The position numbers and the translations under genes were made by a program. This document shows positions 21,329-30,474 of a stretch of 64,000 bases of DNA, piece by piece; position 1 is the first letter of the stretch; the number at the start of each line of letters is the position of its first letter. The notes below the pieces were generated by a model. That model saw only the letters and a list, made by a program, of their open reading frames with translations. It was not told the DNA's origin and did not search any database. Source of the stretch: Planctomycetales bacterium (GTDB lineage Bacteria; 4484-113); the NCBI GenBank assembly GCA_037441675.1, contig JBBIRS010000002.1:306894-370893 (forward strand), in the 5' to 3' direction.

Positions 21329-21463
21329 TTATGCTTTTTTCTTGGCGATCTTTCTCTTTGCCTGATTTTTCTTCCATTCAAAGTACTTCAGGATAACAGA
21401 AATGACGAGTAAAACTCCGAATGCACCGGCTACCATCCACTGAACTGGTGAAATTGGTGGCAT
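21329..21463 (-). CDS. Small single-TM protein (44 aa), not in the ORF track
   Basis: GGAGGT SD; MPPISPVQWMVAGAFGVLLVISVILKYFEWKKNQAKRKIAKKKA is a TM helix followed by a basic tail. Confidence 0.65.
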   Translation of the reverse strand: MPPISPVQWMVAGAFGVLLVISVILKYFEWKKNQAKRKIAKKKA

Positions 21464-21493
21464 TTTATACCTCCCTGAGAGTATTTAAAAACA

Positions 21494-22291
21494 TTAAGAA
21501 CCTACCCTTCCTTCTAGTGGTGAGCTTGCAGAAGCGTATCTTACTTTGGGAATTCTGCCAGCGAGAAAAGCTTTCCTACCTGCCTCTACGCCTAGCTTAA
21601 TCGCCTCTGCCATCAGAACTGGGTTCTGAGCCTTTGCGATGGCGGTATTCACTAGAACCGCATCCGCGCCAAGCTCCATTGCTTGAGAGGCATCAGAGGG
21701 AACACCTATACCAGCGTCAACTATGAGGGGCACATCACTAGGAATGATTTCCATAAGAAGCTCTATGCTTGTAAAGTCCAAGAAGCCTTGGCCGGAGCCA
21801 ATCGGACTGGCAAGAGGCATTACGCACGCAGCACCAGCTTCTAAAAGTTTCATCGCCGCAACCGGGTCGCTGTTAGTGTAGGGCATTACAATGAAACCTT
21901 CCTTTGCCAAAATCTTTGTTGCTTCAATCGTAGCCAAGATGTCCGGGAGGAGTGTTTTCTCGTGACCAATAACTTCCAACTTGATCAGGTTTGTATCGCA
22001 AAGCTCAGACGCAAGACGAGCGACTCTAATCGCCTCTTCCGCAGTATAACAGCCCGCGGTGTTGGGAAGTAACTCTACTTTATCTAAGGGTAGGTAATTA
22101 ATGAGGTTCTCCTGTGGATTTTCAAAGTTCACTCTACGAATTGCGACGGTTACTAACTCAGTTCCACTCGCTTCAATTGCTTCCCTCATAATCTGAAAGT
22201 TTGCGTACTTACCAGTGCCGAGGATTAATCGGCTTTTGAACACCTTTCCCGCAATCGCAAAACTTCTATCCTCTTTGGATCTCATATACAC
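21494..22291 (-). CDS. thiG: Thiazole synthase
   Basis: SRLILGTGKY, LPNTAGC, IKLEV, MPLASPIGSG and VDAGIG motifs. Confidence 0.96.
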   Translation of the reverse strand: MYMRSKEDRSFAIAGKVFKSRLILGTGKYANFQIMREAIEASGTELVTVAIRRVNFENPQENLINYLPLDKVELLPNTAGCYTAEEAIRVARLASELCDTNLIKLEVIGHEKTLLPDILATIEATKILAKEGFIVMPYTNSDPVAAMKLLEAGAACVMPLASPIGSGQGFLDFTSIELLMEIIPSDVPLIVDAGIGVPSDASQAMELGADAVLVNTAIAKAQNPVLMAEAIKLGVEAGRKAFLAGRIPKVRYASASSPLEGRVGS

Positions 22292-22426
22292 TTAATCCCA
22301 GAGTTAAACTACCCAACAACAACTTCAATCCTGCTATTAAAGAAATTTTACCAAAGTAGACACCTAATTTATGGAAGTCTTAGTTTGCCCTTTTACAATC
22401 TCTTGATTCGGTGGTAGTCTACTTAT

Positions 22427-23818
22427 ATGCACACAGAGAAAAAAGTGAACGGAGATAAAACGATAATTGCACCAGAGACTGCGGGAACCGCCTCTATTCA
22501 AGCTGAAGCGGCTGGTGAGGCAACCTTGGTAGGTTTACCACGCGTTGGTGACGTTACTCAGCTGGCACAGGCTCTTACAACTGTTGATTTGAATGAGCTT
22601 CAGCCTACACTATCTGCCAACCTTCTCATTCACAATCCTTACGCACTCTCTGGAGCGAAAATTGAAAATTATCTATTAATTGAACTATTGGGTGAATTCA
22701 AAGGGCAAAAATTAGTTAGACCTCCGATACATCTATCGCTCGTTCTAGATAAATCAGGTTCAATGGAAGGTCGCCCCCTTGAGCAGGTTAAGGAAGCGTG
22801 CAGGCAAGTCATTGATAAACTTGGGCCTGCTGATACACTTTCAATAATTACCTTTGCTGAAGGGGTTGATATAGTCGTTGCACAATCACCTGTTACCAGA
22901 AAAGAACAAATAAAGGCTCAACTTGATTTAATTCGAGCCAGAGGAACAACCAACCTGCATGGTGGTATGGTAGCAGGAGCTAATCAACTTTCATCAGTTA
23001 AAGCTCCTACACACTTGAGCAGAATTATCCTTCTAACCGATGGAGAAGCTAACGAAGGCATCACTGAATACAGCGAGATAATCGCGAAAGCCCGTCAAAT
23101 TAAGCGCGATGGCCTTTCAGTAAGCACCATTGGTGTTGGAATAGAGTATAACGAAGAGTTGATGAAGGGTATTGCGAAAAACACTCTTGGTAATTACTAC
23201 TACATTGAGCAGGTAAGCGACATCCCAAGAGTTTTTGAAGAGGAGCTAGCAACACTGTTTGAAGTTGTAGCCAAGAACATAAGGCTAATAGTAAAATTAC
23301 CAAAAGGTGTAACTCTTGCTAAATTCTATGGTCGGGAAGTGTCAACTCAAAATGGCATTCTTGAAACAGAGTTGCCAGAGCTCGTAGCTGGTAAAGCCCA
23401 GCATCATCTGATTAAGCTTCTTTTTGATAGCCATATTGAAGCCAGATTTCGTGTTGCGGAAGTAGAGCTTACATTTGAGTATCTTGGGCAAATTGAAAGA
23501 AGCCGTCTTTCCGCAGAGGCAATTGTGGAATTTACTAAGGATAAGAACAAGATTCTTGGCGCAATTAACCACAAGGTTGACGAGATAATGCGGGTTAAAG
23601 ATGTGATTGCAGAGATAAGTAGAGCTAAGGAACTTCTTTCAAAGGATGCCGGGACCGCAACGATGATAATTGACCGAGCGAAGACGGTACTTCTTCAAGC
23701 TGGAAGGGTGAGCGATGCAACCCTTGTTGCTGAGGCAATAGAGAAGCTAGGTAAGGGCGAGGTCGAAAAGGCGGATAAGACATTAGGTTCTACCGAGTGG
23801 GAGATTGAGGAGAGCTAG
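22427..23818 (+). CDS. VWA domain protein (YfbK-like)
   Basis: MIDAS motif DKSGSM; GTTN and LLTDGEAN motifs. Confidence 0.9.
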   Translation: MHTEKKVNGDKTIIAPETAGTASIQAEAAGEATLVGLPRVGDVTQLAQALTTVDLNELQPTLSANLLIHNPYALSGAKIENYLLIELLGEFKGQKLVRPPIHLSLVLDKSGSMEGRPLEQVKEACRQVIDKLGPADTLSIITFAEGVDIVVAQSPVTRKEQIKAQLDLIRARGTTNLHGGMVAGANQLSSVKAPTHLSRIILLTDGEANEGITEYSEIIAKARQIKRDGLSVSTIGVGIEYNEELMKGIAKNTLGNYYYIEQVSDIPRVFEEELATLFEVVAKNIRLIVKLPKGVTLAKFYGREVSTQNGILETELPELVAGKAQHHLIKLLFDSHIEARFRVAEVELTFEYLGQIERSRLSAEAIVEFTKDKNKILGAINHKVDEIMRVKDVIAEISRAKELLSKDAGTATMIIDRAKTVLLQAGRVSDATLVAEAIEKLGKGEVEKADKTLGSTEWEIEES

Positions 23819-23921
23819 GCCTTTAACATGGTCAGCACTCTTAATCCACTCTTAGTCTATTCGACCCAAAGAAGATGAGCTAAAAGCAACAGTGGGAAAC
23901 AATAGGAAATCAAACTATGAG

Positions 23922-24455
23922 CTAGAGCTCGCCTTCAAGTTTAAGCTCTTTCCAAACCTTCTCAAAAACAGAGCGTGCCTTCTCATCGTATAAAATGAGC
24001 TCAACTGAGTAGGGCAAATCATTCTCCTTCAACCACTTGGATATAACAGGCAACATCGTGCGTGCGCATACATCCAAAGAAAGTCCACCAACACCGGCTC
24101 CAAGAGCTGGGAATGCGATACTCTCTATTCCGTTGTCTTTGGCGAGTGAAAGAGCAGCAAGGGTTCCTGCCCTGACGTACTTCTCTGTTGCAGTACCACC
24201 GGGATCCATTGTTGCAACGTGCAGAACATAATCCGCATAAAGCTTTCCGCCAATGGTAAGAACACACCCGCCGGGTCTAATAGGAGCTTGATGGATAGCC
24301 TCCTTTTCTATTATTTCACCTCCCCTAGCTTTCAATGCCCCAGCAACGCCAGCTCCCATCCAAAGTTCCGTATTTGCCGCATTTACAACTGCTCGCGCCT
24401 TTGAGAGTGAAATATCACCAACTACTATACTCAGTCTTCCTGGAATTACGTCCAA
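23922..24455 (-). CDS. Macro domain protein
   Basis: GDI, VNAAN, GAGVAGA and SIAFPALGAGVGG motifs; AGGAGG SD before TTG. Confidence 0.92.
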   Translation of the reverse strand: MDVIPGRLSIVVGDISLSKARAVVNAANTELWMGAGVAGALKARGGEIIEKEAIHQAPIRPGGCVLTIGGKLYADYVLHVATMDPGGTATEKYVRAGTLAALSLAKDNGIESIAFPALGAGVGGLSLDVCARTMLPVISKWLKENDLPYSVELILYDEKARSVFEKVWKELKLEGEL

Positions 24456-24585
24456 ACATCATCCCTCCTAATAACGTCCTTAAAATAATCGTTACATTGA
24501 TTACTCTTAAAAATTAATTTACCCGATTCGCGAAGAATTTAACACAAACTTTAATCAAGAATTGGTAAAATTATTCAGATAGAAT

Positions 24586-25530
24586 ATGGGATTCATGAAA
24601 AGAACTGTTTTTGAGGATCAAATAAGAAACAATATAAGAAGCACCCAGCTTTTAATCTTCGGCTTTATAGTTTTTTTCACTATTTTTGTTTACTTTGTTG
24701 GAATTGTAGTATCAGAGTACTTTGGGGATCCATCAATATCTGTAGTCTTCCTTATTGGAGCTTTACTCTTTAGCTTACTTTCTAGTTGGATAAGCTACTA
24801 TTACTCTGATAAGATAGTGATTGCGTCAGTAGGCGCAAAGCCAGCAGATCCAAAAATTGATAGGGAACTTTTTGACTTAGTGGAAGGCTTAAGGCTTGCA
24901 GCAGGATTGGAGAAAGCCCCTGCACTATATATAATGGAAGACCCATCTCCGAACGCCTTTGCAACTGGTCGCAATCCTCAACACTCTGCCATTGTAGTCA
25001 CCCGCGGGCTTCTTGAAATGACTGATAAATACGAATTAGAAGGAGTCCTTGCACACGAAATTGGCCATATTCTAAATTACGATATCCTTCTAGCTACAAT
25101 AATTAGCGTTCTAGTTGGCACGATTGTAATAGTTAGCCATTTCATATGGAGAATGATGTGGTACGGTGGCGGAGGGAGAAACCGAGACCGCGTTGGGGGA
25201 GCCGCTGCTCTCATCCTATTCGCTATCGGGATTATCTTCTTGATCCTCGCTCCTATTGCCGCTCAGATAATCCAGTTCGCAATGTCAAGAAAGAGAGAAT
25301 ACTTGGCTGATGCTACCGCAGTGAAACTTACGAGAAACCCAGAGGGACTTGCGGGCGCATTGGAAAAAATTGCTAATTACACTATGCCTGTCAGGACCGC
25401 TACCGGCGCTACTGCGCATCTCTTTATTTCAGATCCACTAAAACGGCAGAGAAGACGAAGCTGGTTTGCGGAACTTTTCTCTACTCATCCAAATATCTGG
25501 GATAGAATCGAACGAATTAGAGCTATGTAA
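24586..25530 (+). CDS. htpX: M48 zinc protease HtpX
   Basis: PNAFATG, HEIGH (HExxH), SRKREYLAD and STHP motifs. Confidence 0.95.
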   Translation: MGFMKRTVFEDQIRNNIRSTQLLIFGFIVFFTIFVYFVGIVVSEYFGDPSISVVFLIGALLFSLLSSWISYYYSDKIVIASVGAKPADPKIDRELFDLVEGLRLAAGLEKAPALYIMEDPSPNAFATGRNPQHSAIVVTRGLLEMTDKYELEGVLAHEIGHILNYDILLATIISVLVGTIVIVSHFIWRMMWYGGGGRNRDRVGGAAALILFAIGIIFLILAPIAAQIIQFAMSRKREYLADATAVKLTRNPEGLAGALEKIANYTMPVRTATGATAHLFISDPLKRQRRRSWFAELFSTHPNIWDRIERIRAM

Positions 25531-25539
25531 TATCTTCTT

Positions 25540-26727
25540 TTACTTAACACCATAAGATTTAATAAAGCTCTCCAATCTTGATAAGCCTTTCACAATTTCC
25601 TCATCTGAGGTAGTAATGCTAAGTCTAAAATAACCTTCTCCGTGAGTTCCAAAAGCAGAACCAGGAGTAACTACAAATCCAGTCTTCTCAAGTAGTTCCT
25701 TTGCAAAATGTACGGAGTCTTCGAACCCCTCAGGAATAGCACACCAGAAGTAATATGTAGCTTTAGACTCCTTATACCAAATTCCCATCCTGTCTAAAGC
25801 TGAAGAGACAATTTCCCTTCTTCTATTGAACCTCTCTAGGTTTACCTTTATCCAGCTATCTCTTTCTGGGTGAGAAAGCGCTCTTGCCATTGCCATCTGA
25901 ATCGCATTAAAGGCACCGGAATCAATGTTAGATTTAATTTTCAGTAAAGCTTCTATCAACATACTGTTACCACAAGCCCAACCTATGCGCCAGCCTGTAA
26001 TATTGAAAAGCTTAGAGAATGAGTTAAACTCAATGGCAATATCTTTAGCTCCGGGTATTTGTAGAATAGACAAGGGCTTATCATATGTATAATATATTTC
26101 TGAATAGGGGTTATCCGAAGCTATAGCTATATCGTAACGCTTTGCAAAGGACACGAGGTCCGAATAAAAGTCCATAGACGCCATCACTCCGGTGGGATTG
26201 TTCGGGTAATTTACGTAGATGACAGTAGCTCTTCGAGCGACCTCTTCAGGAACCTTCGTCAAATCAATTAAGAAGTCATTTTCCCTCGTCAAAGGTAAAA
26301 AGTAAACATCCGCACCTGCGAATATCGCGTTCGTATTGTAAACGGTATAGGCAGGTTCGGGAATTAACGCCACATCACCTACGTCACACAACCCCCAGAG
26401 AAGATGTGCAACCCCCTCTTTCCCACCGATTAAAGTAATAACTTCACTTTTTTCATCTAAACCATCTATTCCGAAGCGTTCTTTCATCCATTGAACTATT
26501 GCCTTATGGAACTCAGGTAATCCTCGGTAATCGGGATAACGATTGTTTCCCGGTCTGCGAATTTCCTCTGATAGAATGTCACATAGCCAATCGGGTGGAG
26601 GAAAATCCGGATCAGCAATTCCCATAGAAATTACCTCCATCCCTTTTGCTCGGGCGCTTTCCCTTGCCCGATCAATTTCAGCAAAAATATATGGTGGGAT
26701 TTCGGTAACACGTTTGCTAAATTTCAT
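25540..26727 (-). CDS. dapL: PLP-dependent class I aminotransferase, LL-diaminopimelate aminotransferase-like
   Basis: PPYIFAEID, NYPNNPTG and SFSKLFNITGWRIG motifs. Confidence 0.75.
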   Translation of the reverse strand: MKFSKRVTEIPPYIFAEIDRARESARAKGMEVISMGIADPDFPPPDWLCDILSEEIRRPGNNRYPDYRGLPEFHKAIVQWMKERFGIDGLDEKSEVITLIGGKEGVAHLLWGLCDVGDVALIPEPAYTVYNTNAIFAGADVYFLPLTRENDFLIDLTKVPEEVARRATVIYVNYPNNPTGVMASMDFYSDLVSFAKRYDIAIASDNPYSEIYYTYDKPLSILQIPGAKDIAIEFNSFSKLFNITGWRIGWACGNSMLIEALLKIKSNIDSGAFNAIQMAMARALSHPERDSWIKVNLERFNRRREIVSSALDRMGIWYKESKATYYFWCAIPEGFEDSVHFAKELLEKTGFVVTPGSAFGTHGEGYFRLSITTSDEEIVKGLSRLESFIKSYGVK

Positions 26728-26994
26728 CAGTACGCCTCCATTTTGGTTCCAAAATTCACGCTAAGGTAGTTTTATAATACTGTAAGATTAAGCATAATCA
26801 ACAAAAAATCATATAGATTATACTAATACACCCCGCTTCAGTAGTAAGCTTAGAGAGTAATTTCACCGCAATTTAACAGTTCTTAATTTGATACATAGCT
26901 CTCTTGCTAAAGCAATTACTTTTACCCTCCATTATGTGCTTTAGTAAAGTGATAATTTAGAGAAGGTAAACCGTTAGAAACGAGATATCAACAA

Positions 26995-27010
26995 TGTTAC
27001 ACGTGAAACA
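26995..27010. promoter_or_regulatory. parS: parS site (ParB-binding centromere)
   Basis: TGTTACACGTGAAACA matches the TGTTNCACGTGAAACA consensus; intergenic. Confidence 0.85.
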
Positions 27011-27079
27011 TTCACCCTCAACCCACAGCATTTGAATTAAAATTCTGAAACCGGAAATGGATAATTAAACATCTCACTA

Positions 27080-27547
27080 CTACCTACTTTCAGCCTCAGC
27101 GAGCCAACCCCGCCTAACCTCCTCAGCAGGAATTCCACTTAAGTAAGGTTTAATATCCAACACAGGGGACCCATCTACCATATCAACTCCCTCAACATAG
27201 AGTAAATTTCTATTTACCCCAATGAGTATTACCACGGTAAGTCCTATGGGATTCGGGCGGTAAGGCGAGCGAGTAGCAAAAACACCGTGAGGGTGTATAT
27301 CTGATGGAGGAGTCACAATTAACTCAAAACTGTCTACTAGGTGAAAGACCCAAATAACAAAAAGATGAGAGAACCCCTCAATGTCCTTTAATCCTTCCTC
27401 AAACTTCGGGGCAAGCTCAATAAAACCTTTAGCAGAATGCTCTGCTCCCAGCCCCTGTGGGATGTTAGCAACATCTCTAAATGGCGTTCTCATAAAACCA
27501 ATCGGAGAAAAAACAAAAGAGGATGACATCGGCGACTTAGATTGCAT
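27080..27547 (-). CDS. tsaA: tRNA m6t6A37 methyltransferase TsaA/TrmO family
   Basis: FSHL...WVFH, GVFATRSPYRPNPIG and DGSPVLDIKPY motifs. Confidence 0.92.
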   Translation of the reverse strand: MQSKSPMSSSFVFSPIGFMRTPFRDVANIPQGLGAEHSAKGFIELAPKFEEGLKDIEGFSHLFVIWVFHLVDSFELIVTPPSDIHPHGVFATRSPYRPNPIGLTVVILIGVNRNLLYVEGVDMVDGSPVLDIKPYLSGIPAEEVRRGWLAEAESR

Positions 27548-27586
27548 CGTATATCAAATCATATCACTAAATCTCCTTCTCTCTAG

Positions 27587-28369
27587 TTAGTTAAGGCTTC
27601 TCTCTACATAAATTACTTTTCCATAAATGTAGAGATCATTTCCCTTCGTTAGGTCAACCGCGATGGGGTCATATTTGGGATTTGCGGGTTGAAGTATGAT
27701 AATATCACCGAACAGCAGAACTCTCTTGATACTATGCTCGCTACCATTAATCCTGACGACACATATATCTCCACTTTCGTACGGCGTGTTAGGCGAAACA
27801 ATAACAATATCTCCGGGCAAAATACCTGCGCCCACCATTGAATCACCTTTTACCCTTAGGGCGAAGCAATGTGGATCATTATTTAGTTTGCTTTCTAGAA
27901 CTTTCATTGTCTCATACTCATCGTAATGGTTAATCGTGTCTTGCAAAGGAGTACCAAATGACGCAGGAATCGTACTAAAAAGGGGTATGATCTTCATTTC
28001 GCCTTCTTGTTTTATCTCAAGACCAAGCAATTCAGCTCTTTGGAGTGCAGATCTAGCAGTTCGAATAAGCTCTTCTATTAGAGACCTATCTGTTTGTGCA
28101 CCTTTTAATCCCACAATAGGCTTTAATAATGCATCCGAACCATTCAAGCTATCCTCAACTTGATATCCGCTAGCGACTAATAACTCATTAACGGTGGTAT
28201 TACTCAAAACATCCGCAAGCCTTTTGAGAACTGAAGGTGAGGGCTTTTTAATCAGTCCCCTTTCAATCTGAGAGATATAAGAATGTGAGACGGCAACTCT
28301 TTCTGCAAGTTCCCTCCCGGACAAACCAATAGCGACACGCCTGATTTTAACTAAATCTTTTATATTCAT
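27587..28369 (-). CDS. XRE HTH + S24 peptidase (cI/LexA-like) repressor
   Basis: HTH LSGRELAERVAVSHSYISQIERG; catalytic Ser in VKGDSM and Lys in SIKRV. Confidence 0.9.
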   Translation of the reverse strand: MNIKDLVKIRRVAIGLSGRELAERVAVSHSYISQIERGLIKKPSPSVLKRLADVLSNTTVNELLVASGYQVEDSLNGSDALLKPIVGLKGAQTDRSLIEELIRTARSALQRAELLGLEIKQEGEMKIIPLFSTIPASFGTPLQDTINHYDEYETMKVLESKLNNDPHCFALRVKGDSMVGAGILPGDIVIVSPNTPYESGDICVVRINGSEHSIKRVLLFGDIIILQPANPKYDPIAVDLTKGNDLYIYGKVIYVERSLN

Positions 28370-28382
28370 TTTTCATCACCGC

Positions 28383-28429
28383 TATACAAATGTAATGTAT
28401 ATGGTATAATATAATTAATATTTTGTCAA
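28383..28429. promoter_or_regulatory. Overlapping divergent promoters and candidate operator
   Basis: Minus strand TTGACA-N17-TACCAT (28429-28401); plus strand TGGTATAAT (28402-28410); inverted repeat TATACA-N7-TGTATA (28383-28401). Confidence 0.6.
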
Positions 28430-28479
28430 GATATCTAATAAATACTGCTTATATTATGCTAAATGAACAATAATACGTC

Positions 28480-28740
28480 ATGCTTGAAAACAAACCTGAT
28501 CCTCGTCCGGTCAATAAATCGGTTGAGTTTGACCTGTTATTTAGAACTTTGAGAAAAACTCTACCGGACTTTCTCCTCTTTGAAGCCTTCTATGTACTTG
28601 GCTTCCCCCAAAAAGAAATAGCACAGAAGATGGGTATATCGCAAAGAACATTACGTAAGAAGTTGAAAAAAGTTAGAGAAGAATTAGCGCAAATTTTTAT
28701 TGAATATAGCAGATTGATTTCTAAAAATAAGGGATACTAA
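28480..28740 (+). CDS. Small HTH protein (sigma70 region-4-like)
   Basis: GFPQKEIAQKMGISQRTLRKKL helix-turn-helix; divergent from the repressor. Confidence 0.75.
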   Translation: MLENKPDPRPVNKSVEFDLLFRTLRKTLPDFLLFEAFYVLGFPQKEIAQKMGISQRTLRKKLKKVREELAQIFIEYSRLISKNKGY

Positions 28741-29720
28741 TTGATACCGATGAATCGGTCTAGCTCCTTATGAACTAGCGAATCTGCAGATGAATTCCTA
28801 CCTCTTCCAATTAAGCGAATAGCGACATTAGTAAATGAACTTGCAATATTTAGAGTCTTTTCATGCAATATTTTAAGCTTCTCACCTTTTACTTTATATT
28901 GACCTGTTAGCTGGCTAAATACAAGCTTGGAATCAGTATTGACAATTGCCGTTACATTGCTATCAAAACTCTCTTTCAAATATTGAAGCGCAGCGTAAAC
29001 CGCCTCATATTCTGCTTCGTTATTAGTTCTTTGTCCTAAGAATTTGACGCGACTGGCAATTTCATTACCTTCAGCAGAATAAACCACAAAACCACAAGCG
29101 GACGGTCCCGGGTTTCCCTTACTGGCACCGTCGACAAATATATTGATGAAACCCACTTCACCGGGGTAATCCGCGATTTTCAATGGTTTGAGTTCTCTCT
29201 TGGTTACCGAGGATATTTCTTTTCTCATTGTTTTTCGCTCAACCTTCTCGCCTAGCACTATCGCATAAGCTGCAATCGCTTCCCCTCTTCCAATCTCTCC
29301 TAAGCCTTCAAAACTGCGCGCCTTAACGGTTACTTTATCAGCCTCAATATTCAATAGTCTTGAAAGGGAGTTTCTTATTTTCTCATAAAAGGGCTGTAAT
29401 TTAGGAACCTCGGCAAGAATTGTTACATCAACTTGATGGATAGTAAGATGATTTATTTCTTCTAAACTCATTACAGTTCTCATCAATTTTTCACTAGGTG
29501 TTCTATCCTCAAGAAGCTTTTCTGGTGGAAAGAGGGTTCCGATGTCGGAAAAGCCAATCAGGGCAAGAAGTGAATCAATGACAGCATGAAGAATTACGTC
29601 TCCATCAGTATTTGATATCAAACCAAACTCGCATGGAATGTAACAACCACCAAGCATCAGCGGAATGTTCTTCTTTGTCCGATGAATATCAAAACCCAAA
29701 CCTATACGAAAACGAGACAT
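28737..29720 (-). CDS. ispF: IspF (MECDP synthase) fused to RNase HI
   Basis: N-terminal GLGFDIH, DGDVILHA, DIGTLFP and GRGEAIAA; C-terminal VDGASKGNPG, TNNEAEY, TDSKLV and NSSAD. Confidence 0.92.
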   Translation of the reverse strand: MSRFRIGLGFDIHRTKKNIPLMLGGCYIPCEFGLISNTDGDVILHAVIDSLLALIGFSDIGTLFPPEKLLEDRTPSEKLMRTVMSLEEINHLTIHQVDVTILAEVPKLQPFYEKIRNSLSRLLNIEADKVTVKARSFEGLGEIGRGEAIAAYAIVLGEKVERKTMRKEISSVTKRELKPLKIADYPGEVGFINIFVDGASKGNPGPSACGFVVYSAEGNEIASRVKFLGQRTNNEAEYEAVYAALQYLKESFDSNVTAIVNTDSKLVFSQLTGQYKVKGEKLKILHEKTLNIASSFTNVAIRLIGRGRNSSADSLVHKELDRFIGIN

Positions 29721-29724
29721 AAAA

Positions 29725-30474
29725 TCAATCCTGTTTAACTCTTTTCCTGAGTAAAGTTTCAGCGATATAAATATCCTCAGGGTAAGTAATTTTAATGTTC
29801 TTTCGCTCGCCCATAACTGTTTTCAGCTTGTATCCAGCTGAAAGGAAGAGAGAACCATCGTCAGTAAATCGCTCCGCTTTATCACCTAGAATGCGTCTTG
29901 CAGTGTTGTACTCTGACGTGAGAAATCCTTGTGGGGTTTGAACTAGTTTAACCTTGTCTCTTTTATGGTAGCCCTTAACGTTTCTTTTACTGTCAGTGAA
30001 AAGAATGGAATCGGCGCATTCAACAACAGGAATGACACCTATTCCTTCCTTCACTGCGGAGAATACCTTTCTAAACAATAAAGGTGACGCTAAGGGTCTA
30101 CTCATATCATGAATAAGTACAACTTCAGAGCTGATTTTTTTCATGCCTCTAAGAACAGACTCCATCCTTGTTGCTCCGCCTAAAACGATACTAATCTCAC
30201 CTGAGAAATCTTTGAAAGAATCAGCTAAGCTTTTCAAGGCTATCCTAAAATCTTTTACAAGTTCCTCTCTAGCTACAATCACTAACTCCGACACAAATTC
30301 AAGGCTTAAGGCAGTTTTCAAATTGCGGACAAGGACGGATTCCCCGTCAAGCTCGCAAAGCAGTTTGTGGAGAGTACCCCCAAAACGCTTGCTTGCACCT
30401 CCCCCCAGAAGTATTAACCCTAAAGAGCTGGGGATCGCTGATGAATTCTTACCCCACATCTTTTTCATTACCAC
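29725..30474 (-). CDS. ispD: 2-C-methyl-D-erythritol 4-phosphate cytidylyltransferase
   Basis: GGASKRFG, GGATRMESV, IHD.SRP, VQTPQGF, TDD and NIKITYPED motifs. Confidence 0.93.
   Translation of the reverse strand: MVMKKMWGKNSSAIPSSLGLILLGGGASKRFGGTLHKLLCELDGESVLVRNLKTALSLEFVSELVIVAREELVKDFRIALKSLADSFKDFSGEISIVLGGATRMESVLRGMKKISSEVVLIHDMSRPLASPLLFRKVFSAVKEGIGVIPVVECADSILFTDSKRNVKGYHKRDKVKLVQTPQGFLTSEYNTARRILGDKAERFTDDGSLFLSAGYKLKTVMGERKNIKITYPEDIYIAETLLRKRVKQD

Noticed and set aside
22292..22426. TPP riboswitch upstream of thiG
   Set aside because: No CTGAGA...CCTGA core is recognisable; the gap holds divergent promoter elements.
27587..28740. Intact prophage at the cI/Cro-like pair
   Set aside because: Both flanks are housekeeping genes, with no integrase, att site or replication genes.
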